64,000 nt of DNA from Octopus bimaculoides (lineage: Eukaryota), in the NCBI RefSeq assembly GCF_001194135.2, contig NC_068994.1:54908929-54972928 (forward strand), read 5' to 3'. Below the pieces are notes generated by a model, which did no database searches, was not told where the DNA came from, and worked only from the letters and a program-made list of their open reading frames with translations. This document shows positions 29,215 to 43,169 of this stretch, piece by piece. Both the position numbers and the translations under genes were made by a program. Within the stretch, counting starts at the first letter, position 1. The number at the start of each line of letters is the position of its first letter.

Positions 29215-32200
29215 ATTCTGTTGTTGAAGTATTTTTGCATATTATCTCAACAGTGATAAGCTCTCTTGTTGACAAATTTCCTTATTAATTCCTACTGCTG
29301 CCTACCCTATGCATTTATTTACTCACAGCCAAGCGCTCTCTCATATATCTACTTATCCACACACACACACACATCCTGGTCCTTATCTGCCTTACTATGA
29401 GTGTGTGAATGTACAGCAGTGAGTAAAATGTGACACAATTTTATCAAAAACCAAGACAACAAAATGATAAAATAAATAAACCGGAATCCCTCTGATTAGA
29501 AAATAATCTCACCTCAAATATTTTCTCCAGCAACATTTCTTTATTTCTATAGCAGTTCACTGGAATAACAATGTGTTCGTTCCATACAAACTGCTGGGTT
29601 ATGTAGGAGACATCGCTGCTACCTGTCAGAGGGGAGAAGAAGAAAAATTGCAAACGATGTTGTCATACAATGCAGGAGGAATTCTCAACAAACATGGCTT
29701 TATGAATGTGTGTGTATGCTTGTGTGTATGTGTGCTTATGTGTACGTGATAGTACGTGTGTGTTTGTGTACGCATATGCATGTGTGTGTGTGTATGTATG
29801 TGTGTGCTTGTGGGTACATGATAGTATGTGTGTGTGTGTATGTGTACGCATGTGTATGTGTGTGTATTTATGTGTACGTGCTAATATGTGCATGCTTGTG
29901 TGTGCGTTTGTGTACACATGTGTGTGTGTGTCTATGTGAAGGCAAGTGGTCAAGTGGGTAGTATATTTGGCTCATAATCATAAGGTCGTGAGTTCAATTT
30001 CCAGAGGTGTGTTGTGTCCTTGAGCAAGACACTTTATTCCATGTTGCTTCAGTATTTCAAAGGGTCAGTCTTGTCACGTTCTGTGTCAGGCTGAATCTCC
30101 TTGAGAACTACATTAAGGGTACATATGTCTGTGGAGTGCTCAGCCACTTGCACATTAATTCCATGAGCAAGCTGTTCCATTGATTGGCTTAACTGAAACA
30201 CCAGTCACCCTGACTGACGGAGTGCTGGTTTGAGTGTGTTTTAGGCTGAAGTCATCAATGAGCCGGGAGGCCTTTGACTAAAAGCTTTCCAGTAATGACC
30301 TTCCTGTCTTTATTAGTTTTTCATAAAACATTAATATCTAATATGGTCCAAGACATAAATGTATCTTGGACTACACAGCTTTATGTCCCTTTTGTTTTTT
30401 GGCAATAGGTTAGGGTTTGAGAGAAATTCGGTTGCTATTTTCAACTTGACTGTTCAGTATGCTTTAGCAAGTGCAATTTCCTTTGGCAATAACCCCGGAA
30501 GACACAAAATTCCCATAGAATCAGGGGCCGTCACAGATTGGTATCAGAAAGGTTAAAATATTTTCGTTTCTAAAAGATGGAAGTTAACAGCTTAAAAAGT
30601 GATAAACTTCTTAATTAAATAGACAGTTAGGATTCAAAATCTAAGACAAACCTTCAAAGAGGATACAAAGTTCAAAAGCATGCGACATCATGGTATCACG
30701 CTGCCAGGTATTGTCACCATAAAAAAATGTTTTGCCAAATTCTAGAGGAGGGAAGGTACCGTCAGGATTCTGTTTCATACGATGATTTTGGTTCTAAAAA
30801 CACAAGCATAAAGATATTACAGTCAAATGGGGCCTTCTATGTACAAACATTTTTCAAGACAATAACTTAATTAAAGGTGTACAAAGGTAGGACTTTAACC
30901 TGAATAATTTGTTGTTTATTTCTATTATATCAATGGTCCCTAATCTGTCATACAGGTAATGTTATGGTGCACATAGAGGTTTAAAAAAAAATGATTTCAA
31001 ATTTTGGCACAAGGCCAGCAAGATTGGGGAAGGGGTAAGTCAATTACATCGACCTCAGTGTTTAACTGGTACTTATTTTATCAACCAAAAAGGATGAAAG
31101 GCAAAGTCAACCTTGGTGGAATTTGAACTCTGAATGTAAAGACAGATGAAATGCTGCTAAGCATTTTGCCTGGCATGGTAACAATTTTGCCAGCTCGCCA
31201 CCATAATAATAATAATCTTTTCTACTATAGGCACAAGGCCTGAAATTGCTTTACCGGCACATGAAAAACAACATTCGAGTGTGGTCGTTGCCAGTGCTGC
31301 CGGACTAGCTCCCGTGCAGCTAGCACGTAAAAAACACCTTTTGAGCGTGGTCGTTGCCAGAACTGCCTGATTGGCCCTTGTGCCGGTGGCACGTAAAAGC
31401 ATCCACTACACTCTCAGAGTGGTTGGCATTAGGAAGGGCATCCAGCTGTAGAAACTCTGCCAAATCAGATTGGAGCCTGGTGCAGCCTTCTGGCTCACCA
31501 GTCCTCAGTCAAACCATCCAACCCATGCCAGCATGGAAAGCAGACGTTAAACAATGATGATGATGTTGTATGCACAAACGAAAATGTTTCTTCTCCTCAG
31601 TCTTAGTTTTTATTCAAAGTTTACAATCCTCCTGCAGGGTGGGCATCATCTTTGCTGCAACTTGGCCCTTCCATTTTTTATTAATTTCCTTGTTTTTGTT
31701 ACCTTTTATTTTTCTTTTACTTGTGTCAGTCATTAGACTGTGGCCATGCTGGGGCAACACCTTGGAGAATTTTTTAATCAAATGAATTGACCCCGGTACT
31801 TATTCTATAAGTTTCTTTTGCTGAACTGCTAAGTCACAGGTAGTCTTTTACTGTTGGATCCTCTTTTGTTACTTTTATCACCAAACACATCTCTCGTCAG
31901 CCACGACATTTATTGTAACCGAAGCAACTTCTATCATCATCATCATTTAACGTCCATCTTCTATGCTGGCATGGGTCAGATGACTCTACAGGATGTGATG
32001 AGCCAGAGGGCAGCACCAAGCTCCAATTACTGCTTTGAAACGGTTTCTGCAGCTGAATGTCCTTTCTAATGTCAACCACTTTACAGAATGTACTGGACGC
32101 AGCATGAGTGGGGTCGCCAAGAAAAGTTGTTACAAGTGAAACAGGGAGAAAGAAGTAAACAAAAAAGAACAACAAAAACCAATCAAAACCATAAAAGAAG

Positions 32201-35200
32201 CCTGATTCCTACCTCTTTGTCAGTCTTTGGAAGAATATGTAAGACAGGATCATGAGCTTTTGGACCAGGAATGTCTGACAAAGAATCAAGGTAGCTTTGG
32301 CAGATGACTTGACTAGCACCATAGCAGCCAGAAGAAACAAGATGGATGTTTGGAACTGAAGCAAGACCTTTACCAATTGCCCTGGAATAGAATAAAGAAA
32401 GAAAGAAAGGAGATTGTAGGACAAGCAACAGAAGCAGTTGGGATTTCACAGTTAATTTTCTCTTATCATTCATTTAGTGGTTAGGCTGTTGCACATCATG
32501 ATCTCTAGATTGTGGGTTCAATTTCCTGAAGTAATAAAAATTTATTATCTACAAAAATCCAGCATATTCTCTTACAGCTGTTTCAATTAAGCCTAAAGAT
32601 TAAAATAGCAATTATTAAATCATTATATTAGGCAAAATCTCTTCAGAGGGGTAGAAAAGATATACTGTTAGGTTCTTAGTTGTTGTGTTTTCGAATCATC
32701 TCAGCAGAGAATTTGTTAGAGAATATGTTGCATTTTTACAAATAAGAAATTTTTCTTAAATACCATATCTCCATTTTCTTAATTTTCATATATATATATG
32801 AGAGGCTTCTTTCAGTTTCCACCTACCAAATGTACTCATAAAGTTGATGAAATACTTACATACAAATATTTCTGTCAAATTCAGTCAATTCAGTCTTGCC
32901 AAGAATATAAATACATCTTTCCAACATAAAAGACGTTTTCAGTTCTCGAATCTAAATAGAAGAATAAAACCATCTACTATAATAATACTCTTGTGATTTT
33001 CTCCATCACAACATATGAATGAGAAAGGAAGGGGTGACAGATGACTAAGGAAGGAAGGGGTGATGGCTAACTGGGCAGTGGGTTAGGGAAGTAATCTTCT
33101 TAATCACACAACCAGGTCTGCACCTAAAACATCTCCATAAAAACAATTAAGTCATATAACAACGATTCACTCATCATCATCTTCATTTAACGTCCGTTTT
33201 CCATGCTGGCATGGGTTGGACGGTTCGATTGGGGTCTGGGAAGCCAGGAGGCTGCATCAGGCTCCAATCTGATTTGGCAGTGTATCTACAGCTGGATGCC
33301 CTTCCTAACGCCAACCACTCCATGAGTGTAGTGAGTGCTTTTTTATGTGCACAGCACGGGGGCCAGAGGGGGCTGGCGTCGACCACGTTTACTCAGCTGT
33401 AGAAATGAGTTGTGACGTCACTGGTATGCATGAGCAACTGCTGGTCTTCCATAAACAACCTTGCCCAGACTTGTGCCTGGGAGGGTAACTTTCTAGGTGC
33501 AATCCCATGGTCATTCATGGTCGAAGGGAGTCTTTATGACAACAGAAGTAGGGCGGCGGGGCATATTGACATTATAAGCTGACAATTAGGGATTATTTAG
33601 TACAGTGGTTCTCCAAATTTTAAAACGATGTGAACGGAATCAGAAATTAATTAATTTTAGAATTTAACGTTCCAATAAGGACAGTGGCTATACGTGAATA
33701 TTTGTGCTGCTAGAAATAGCAGAAAGAAAAGACATGTCGCATAATGAAATTTTTCATAGCCTCAAAACGACAGGATGACCACCGCTGGAATACCTTTCAT
33801 CGTTAGTTGGTTTGGAAGTATGGGTAGAGAGAATTCTAAAATAATATTAGAACCAAAGGGAAGTAAATGAGTAAGCTAAGGGAGAAAAAAAAAAGGAACT
33901 TTACAAGAGTTATCTCGCTTAGTTTTCTTTACTTACAATACTTTTGATTTTGGCTTCGCAGACTCCTTCCGGATCAACGGAAACTCTTGTCTGAGGATTA
34001 AGAATTTTATGTATCCACTTCATCATCTGTTCTTTGAAATCCGACTGCCAAACATCCTGAAACAAAGGAAAACGTAAAATGACTTGCAGGAAACCAAGAA
34101 GTTGTTTGTCTCTGTATTCTTTTCTTCTAGTTTTTGTCTGCGCCATCTTACCGTAAACCACTCGACCATGAAGCGAAAAAGAGGAACAAGGTTTGGTCAG
34201 TCAGGCAAAACAAAGCAAAATCAACCACATTAATCGCAAATGTCTCGCAGAAACTGAGAAAGCCATGGCAACAGCGCCTTCCTTCTAACATAACAAATAA
34301 TAATATTTGGAAATATGTGAATCTGTGTGTGAGCGAGAGAGAGAGGAGGGGGCACATGGCCTAGTGGTTAGGGTGTTGCGCTCACGATCTAGCGATCGCT
34401 GTTTCAATTTCTAGACTGGGTGAGTGGGTTGTGTTCTTGAGCAAAACACTTCATCTCACATTGCTCTGTGATCATTTCGACACCTGATGCACGTTAGACC
34501 ATGAACCTGTTCAGGCAACATTGATTTGATGGAGAGAGCGAGCTAATGCGCACCACTTGCATTGGACCGCAATAAACGAACCGTTTGTGCTGGTCGTTCG
34601 GCAAAAGCTGAACGCTCATACGTCATCTTCGATGGAAGAGTCCATCATGGGTGTACGTGTCTGTGTGTGTATATGTGTGTATATTATATATGTATATATA
34701 TATATCATCATCATCGTTTCACGTCCGTTTTCCATGCTGGCATGGGTTGGACGGTTTGACTGAGGTCTGGAGAGCCAGTAGCTGCACCAATCTGATCTGG
34801 AAATGTTTCTACAGCTAGATGGTTTTCCTAAACACACAATGTCAAACAAGGAGACAGTAACACATGCACACGACGACAGGCTTCTTTCAGTTTCCATCGA
34901 CCAAAATCCACTCACAAGGCTTTGGTCAGCCTGGAGCTATGGTGGAAGACACTTGCCCAGGATGCCACACAGTGGAATTGAACTGAAGCCCATGTGGTTG
35001 GAAAGCAGCTTCTTACCACATAGCCATCACCTGTACCTGCAGAAGAGCATAGAAATAAAACCATGAAAGAAGAAGCGTAAGTACTTACCCTGAAAGGTAA
35101 CATCCCAATAAGCATACACATCCAGGAAGGCATTTCAAAGTTCTCATATTTCAGGGCAAGCATCCATTTACGATTTTCACAGTAGAATGCCTGTAAAAAA

Positions 35201-38200
35201 AAAAGAAAGATCTCTCTTAGAGAAGGGAGTGAAATGGTTATTTAGTAAGCTACGGGTGCTGGATGTCAGTTTGGGAATAGCTCATAGCTTTCTTCAGTTC
35301 TACTTGGCATCACACAGATCTGTACGGTGCCAAATCAAGGTCTGCCATGGCTACCCAATGACACAAAAACAAGATTATAGATTTGTTGCTGTTTAGCCCC
35401 AGGCTGTCCCTGATAAGAAAGCTTATTTATCAAAGGCAGTCCAGAAATGACTACCTCATCTTTCTGTATATTAAGAACTACATTATCCAATTTCTCCCTC
35501 ATTTGAGAGAGATCTGGCTACTATTTCTAGCTCATCTAGCAACTATATTCAAGCTCCTTCACTGACTTTGAATGAAGCAAATGAGCAGCATTTCTAGTGG
35601 TGGTCATATCTGGATTCATCACTTAGCAGTATGTTATCAGTGTTTAGGACCTAAAACCATGTGGTTTATTTTTAATTAAATCCATCATCATAATCATCAT
35701 CATTGTCGTTTAGTAGGAAACATTTGCCCAAGGTGCTGTGCAGTGGGACAGAACCCAAAATGGTCTTTAAACTTAATATCAGGAAAACAAAAACAGTTTG
35801 CTTACTTGTTGCATACACGTCCTGCTTGTAGCGTAAGAATCAGACAGGACAAATATGATGGCAGCAGCTTCATCTGCCTTTTCTTGGAACTTGCGGAGAT
35901 CTTCGATCGGAGTGGAACCTACAAAGAATGAAAGAGTTAAAGAAGGAGAGAACGAAACAGGAAAAAGAATGAAAGAAAAATTAACCAACTTTGTCATTAT
36001 TCAACACTTTAGCCTAACATATACACGTACAAGATCTATTTTTTGGTAAATGGTCAGATATGTTCAGTTGAAATACATGTATATAACTGGTACTTATTTT
36101 ATTGTTCCTTTGGGAGAGGAAGAATGTCAAAGACAACTACAGCAGGATCTGAACTGAATACCTAGACAAATGAAGCTGAATAACATTTAGTGCTTCTCTG
36201 ATACCAACCTACCTGAAACTATCTCAGATTCTATGACAAAATCTTCTTGTTTTAAAGTATTCTAAATTAAAAACTTCCACCAAAAATTTCATGTTACTTT
36301 ATGACATGATTTTAGTAACTTGTTTATTATTTTGAAAATTAACTGAAACTAAGGCAGTGTGTTTCAACACAGATATGGTAACAAAAGGGTTAAAGTGATC
36401 TAAATTGAAACCTTTCAACAAAAGTCCAAGATAATTTGTTCTAAGCACCAGCTTTATAATTACAAAATTAGAAAAACTGTATTTCTAAATCTCTCAGAGA
36501 GATTTATACAGTAGCAGCACGATAAATTGATGGTTTGTTGCCAACTTAATGTGGCGGTCCCATGAAAGGGAAGAATGCTACTGTTATTTAGCCCCAGGAA
36601 ACACCGTTTCCAGTTGGCCATGTGACACAAGCGCTCTGTGTCCTTAAGTTTTCACAGTGCTTATCTCCTTTGTTTGAAAACTTGAGGACACAGAATGCTT
36701 GTGTTACACAGCCAACTGGAAATGATGTTTCCTGGGGCTAAATAACAGTAGCATTCTTCCTTTTCCTGGGACTGCCACATTAAGTCAGCAACAAACCATC
36801 AATGACAAAATTATTTTTAAAAATTAGTTGAAACAAAAGTAGTGTAATATAACACGTCTTGAATGGCACAACAATGTAGAGTGGACCATAATAATTGTTA
36901 TAATTTAATTATTCGTAGTCTGATAAAATATTTCGGAATATAAAAATTCCTTCTTCAGATATTGCTAGGAATTGATCAAGTCACTGCTATAAAAGTAGAA
37001 TATTTCAAAACAGACATGATAACAAAAGGGTTTAAATATTGAAAGTGTTTATTCCAGCAAACTAAAAGATGAAAATAATTGGAAAAGCTCACCCTGAAGA
37101 AATTTAACCATTAAATAGATACTTACCGTTTTGTTGGCAGCATCTACTGGAGTCAAGTTCAGTGCTAAGCCATACTTCTAAACCTTCTTTCTCCAGCCAA
37201 TTCTGCAGAGTGCGTCCCTATAAAAAATAAATTGATATCAATTTTACATCAATACATATCATCATTTTAACATCCACTTTTCTATGCTGGCATGGGTTGG
37301 ACAGTTTGACCAGGGCTGGTAAGCAGGAAAGCTACACCAGACTCCAGTCTGATTTGGCATGGTTTCCTACAGCTGGATGCCCTTCCTAAAGCCAACCACT
37401 CCATGAGTGTAATGGGTGCTTTTATGTGTGTCTGGCACAGGTGCCACTTGCATGACACCAGTATCTGCCACAACTACAATTTTATTTGGCCTGATGGGTC
37501 TTCTTTTCAAATACAGCATACTGCCAAAGGTCCCGGTTATCTGTCATTGCCTCCATGAAGCACAACACTCGAAAGGTGCTTTTTACGTGACGTCAGACAA
37601 CCAAAATTAAGCCGAGTCAAAGGAGAGGAGGGACAATTAGATGAAATCTCCAAGCAGTTTAAATGCACAAGGGCACCCAAGAATCATGACCTTGATGCAG
37701 CTTGGAGTATAAGAAGCTAAGGGCCAAAACACCTGCCTGAATGGGGTTTCTTGTCTGAAAACCTTCTGCTGTTCAGCTCTCTTGAGAGTTTCCCACCACT
37801 GATAGAGGGACAGGCACAGGTGTCTTACAACAGAGGAACTACATAACTACTCAGCATTATAAAAGAGTGGGTGGGAGTAAGAGGAAAGAAGACAAAGACG
37901 GTGGTGGCAAATTCTCAAAGCCAGGTACAAATGTACCTGACAGCATTCTCATCCTATAAGCCCTGGTTGATGTTCATCTTGAACACCTATTGTCATAACT
38001 TCATAAATACAGAGAGGCTGAAATGATAAACTGAGCAACTTACAAACTCCGACTGTTCTTGGTGTAGAGTGATTACTATTAACTTCTGGTGGGTTTCTTC
38101 AGCTTCAGTTAAGCCCACCTGACAGATCGGTAGTTCTAAGGCACAATTATAGATCTTTGTCTCCTGTAAAAAGATAAACAAATAAAATAAAAACAAAAAC

Positions 38201-40021
38201 ATACATCAGGTGTCTTAAAACCGGTTTCAAAATACAACACCAACTTCCCAGTCACTAATGGTTTGGAACCTCTTATAATCTATACTTATTTAAGAGCAGA
38301 AACTTCAGATTCCAGCAGACACCAGAATAGTTTACAGGTACCTTGCACAGTACAATATTAAACTTGTGTCATCATCATCATCATCATTTAGCATCTGCTT
38401 TCCATGCTGGCATGGGTTGGACGATTTGACTGAAATTGGTAAGCTGGAGAGCTGCAACATGTCCTAGTCTGATTTGACATGGTTTCTACAGCTGGATACC
38501 CTTCCTAATGCCAACCACTCCAAGAGTGTAATGGGTGATTTTTTACATGACCCCGGCATCAACCACAACTGTAATTTCACTTGGCTTGACATGTCTTTTA
38601 ATTGACTATTTATTAATCCAGATACTCTAATATTTACTTAATTAACATGAGAAGGATAAATATGAGGTGGGGTGCATTGGAGTGGACATGGAGGGCCAGA
38701 AACAAATGACATCCCTTGTATGGTGGTGATACTCATTTACAACCATCACATGATGTCAGTATAAGGATACATATACATATCATCATCATCATCATCATCG
38801 TCGTCGTTTAACGTCCGCTTTCCATGCTAGCATGGGTTGGACGATTTGACTGAGGACTGGTGAAACCGGATGGCAACACCAGGCTCCAGTCTAATTTGGC
38901 AGAGTTTCTACAGCTGGATGCCCTTCCTAACGCCAACCACTCAGAGAGTGTAGTGGGTGCTTTTACGTGTCACCCGCACGAAAACGGCCACGCTCGAAAT
39001 GGTGTCTATACATCCACACATTGACATATTTACACACACATGTACATACATACACAAACAACAAGCTTCTTTGAGTTTCCATCTATGAAATCCACTCACA
39101 AGGCTTTGGTTGGCCTGGGGTCACAGTAGAAGACACTTGTCCAAGGTACCATGCAGTGGGACTGAGCTCAAATCCATGTGGTTGAGAAACAAACTCCTTA
39201 ACCACCCATCCACACCTGTGCCTACTAAGCAACACCTGTGCCTCTTAAGTGACACCTGTGCCTATTAAGTGACACTTGTGCCTATTAAGTGACACCTGTG
39301 CCTATTAAGTGACACCTGTGCCTATTTAGTGACACCTGTGCCTATTAAGTGACACCTGTGCCTGTTAAGAGACACCCGTGCCTGTTAAGCAATACCTGTG
39401 CCTATTGTGTGACACTTGTGCCTATTTGAAAAGAAATATAAAGACATCAGATGTTTACCCTTCGATGCAAAGTAGGCCTCCTTGTAAGTGAGTTCCGTTT
39501 TAGTGTGGTGAGACGTTCTGCAATCTCTTTTGCTATCATTTTCGTATTAACAATGATCCCGTCTTGATTTGGGTAAATAGTTGGGAAAGCCTCATGTGAA
39601 AGAGCTGAACCTAAAAGAAAAACAAGATCAAGAACAAAAAAGAAAAGAAAAAGATTAAGAACATGGCTACACAATTATTTTATGGTAAAATTGATCTTTT
39701 AGTTAGGAAGAGGATCAAGTCAAATGTTTGAAGAGGAAAGATATCACAGGTATTTTGGAGTGGAAAAAAATCCTACCTGTGTACAAGCAAGATAACATTT
39801 TTTTCATGACTAGACATGTTTCCACTTTTCCATGCTTGCATGGATCAGACGAAGTTTACTGAGGTAGATTTTCTGTGGTCGGATACTCTTCCTGTCACCA
39901 ACCAACATCTTTTTACAAGTAAGGTTATATTTCTCCATGACCAGACATGTTTCCATGGAAGATTGGAAATGAATGACAATGACACTCACTCACAACTATC
40001 ACACAATGCCAAGACAAGAAG

Positions 40022-40072
<51 letters not shown>

Positions 40073-40082
40073 NNNNNNNNNN

Positions 40083-40134
<52 letters not shown>

Positions 40135-41335
40135 CTTCTTTCAATTCTATATTTGTGAGAGATGAGGAATTTATATCATGTATGTTGTTTATATATTAGT
40201 TGGACTGGCGCCCACATCTTGATTGTTGCTTTCACTACATTTCGGCTGTTGTACACTCCAGCCGTCTTCAACAGGCGAACAGCCAACAGACAAACAGTGA
40301 GACAAACAGATGAACAGACAGACTAACAGGCAGACCGATGGACTAACAGACAGACCGATGGACTAACAGACAGACCGATGGACTAACAGACAGACCGATG
40401 GACTAACAGACAGACCGATGGACTAACAGACAGACCGATGGACTAACAGACAGACCGATGGACTAACAGACAGACCGATGGACTAACAGACAGACCGATG
40501 GACTAACAGACAGACCGATGGACTAACAGACAGACCGATGGACTAACAGACAGACCAATGGACAAACAGAGAGACAGATGGATGAAGAGTGAAACTGACA
40601 GACAAACAGTGGGACCAACGGGCAAACAGACGGATGAATAGAGAGACCAACAGGCGAACAGTGAAACAGACAAAACAGTGAGACTAACAGATGAACAGAC
40701 AGACCGATGGTCTCACAGACAGAATTACTTACATGCTGATTGTCGAGTTCCATTAATATACTGAGTTGTTGCCAACTGAATTGCCAAACAGCTTGGCGGC
40801 CACTCAGATAAAAAATTGATAGGAAGCATAAATTTTCCTAAAATATCAGCAAGTTTCACCTGAAATAAAATAAAATAAGGTAAAATTATTAAGAATCATT
40901 AACATAATCATTAATTAGTTTTCTGGGCCTCCTTTTCTGGGAACTACAGCCAATCCATAGGGGGGGGGGACACTTTTAACCCAATATTTACATGCTATTA
41001 TTTACAGCTACATTTGCATTGAGATTCACCATTCCTAAACAAAAAAAAGAGAGTTAAACCAAAAATGATGCCAAGTATTATTTACCTCTCGGTTGCTCCA
41101 GCGTGTCAGACCATAACGTTGGGTGATGAGGGGTATAAATATTTCACAGTTGCTCACTGCATGGTTTAAGGAATCCTGCCAATCAGCACCAGTCTTGATT
41201 TCATCCACATCCTGGCAGAGGGGAGGGTAAAGAAAGAAATGAAGCACAAAATTACTATCAGGAGAATAACAAAATGGGTTCATATTTGGCAAGGTTTTTA
41301 TAGCTGGATGCCCTTCCAAACACCAACCACTTTAA

Positions 41336-41376
<41 letters not shown>

Positions 41377-42636
41377 ATGTATCTATATTGCCAGTACCGC
41401 CTGACTGGCCTTCGTGCGGGTGACACGTAAAAGCACCCACTACACTCTCTGAGTGGTTGGCGTTAGGAAGGGCATCCAGCTGTAGAAACTCTGCCAAATC
41501 AGATTGGAGCCTGGTGTGGCCATCTGGTTTCACCAGTCCTCAGTCAAATCGTCCAACCCATGCTAGCATGGAAAGCGGACGTTAAACGACGATGATGATG
41601 ATGACTGGGTGCTTTTAAGTAGCACCTGCACTGACAGGGTCACCAAGTACTTGCAAGACAAAAAAAATACTTTCAAGAGGGGAGGGGGCATTGGAGGAGG
41701 TGGTCTTGTGTCAGATGATGAAAGGTTATAGTGTGTGTGTGGGTGTGTGTGTGTGTGTGTGTGCGTGCAGCTGTAAACGAGTGTCACCATCACACAAGTG
41801 ATGCAGTTCATTGCCATTCTGTGATGAACGAAGAACGCATTGTCTGGGCAAAGGGGAAATGTTGCTTTGCTTAGAAACGGTTGAGGATTAGTGAAAGGAA
41901 ATGTATCCAACTGCAGAAAATCACTCTCAAATCTGATTCACGGAAGCACAGAACAAGTGGACATTATGATGATGATGATGATGATGATGATGCTAGAATG
42001 GAAAGAAGGGAATGGAGACAACAGAAGGGAGAAATTTTCAAAAAAAAACAAGATTTTAGAAAATAAATTCTTACCAAAAATACGCTAATGTTGAGTGCAG
42101 TGAGTTCTTGTTTGAGGCTGATAGCGACTTGGGCAGCCTCAGCACGGACATAACTGATAAGAATTTGCTTGGCATTCCCAGTTGTGACGGTATTCATAGA
42201 CTTGGCAGAAATCTCTTCGCAATTGTTATCAGCAGATTTGGAACTAAAAACAGAATTGAAAGAAAAGTGACAGAAATTATAAGTAAATTGGAACTAAAAG
42301 ACAGAAAAAGACAGAGAAATAAAATGGAAATTCTCTGATTATTTGAAAATAATATTCCATAATAATTTGTAAATGAAACAGAAATTAAACAATTCAGAAC
42401 GAAAAGCAAATTAATTTAGTTGAAAATTTTAAATGTAATTTGAATAAAGATTTTAAATATTGGATGCAGGCAAGGCTATGTGGGTTAAGAAGCATGCTTC
42501 CCAACCATATGGCTTCAGGTTCAGTCCCAAAGCAAGGCACCTTGGGCAAGTGCCTCCTATTATAGCCCCAAGCTAACCAAAGTCATGTGAATGGATTTGG
42601 TAGATGGAAACTGAAGGAAGCCTATCATATATGTGT

Positions 42637-42714
<78 letters not shown>

Positions 42715-43125
42715 ATTTACTTTTCGTAATGAGATAAAAAGCCAAGGCTGTGTAGATTTCAGAATGGGCAACATCCTTAACTCCAGAATAGAGATCTTTA
42801 GACCATGCTCACATTCCAGGAAATTCCTGCTGGCCTATTGGAACCCACAAGGTAACGGGATCACTTACAATCGATAGCCAAAGGGAGACAATCCCCTATT
42901 GATGACATTGAATTGTGAGGTCTTTTCCTCACTATTAGAGAGACCACTTCCTTGAGAGGCCATAAACAACAGATTCGGGATCTGATGATAGCTATAAAGC
43001 TAAGCATTTTATGGACATGAAACCCAGGGTAATCCCATAAACTGGCCTTATTTAACTTTATTTATATAATATTCTGCTCTATAACTTAGTGTGTGCTTCT
43101 TTTTCGATTTATGTTTTGCCAACGA

Positions 43126-43169
<44 letters not shown>

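Noticed and set aside
30359-30556. 65-aa plus ORF in intron 18
   Set aside because: It ends in a ttaa-flanked transposon-like terminus, has a weak donor and has no partner exons.
33919-33936. Read-through stops after exon 15 (VSKEN*) and exon 10 (VNI*) as truncated isoforms
   Set aside because: Early stops after donors are expected in AT-rich introns, and there is no sequence evidence of intronic polyadenylation.
39212-40560. Regular 20-bp repeats as a CRISPR-like array
   Set aside because: There are no unique spacers and the context is eukaryotic; these are simple minisatellites.
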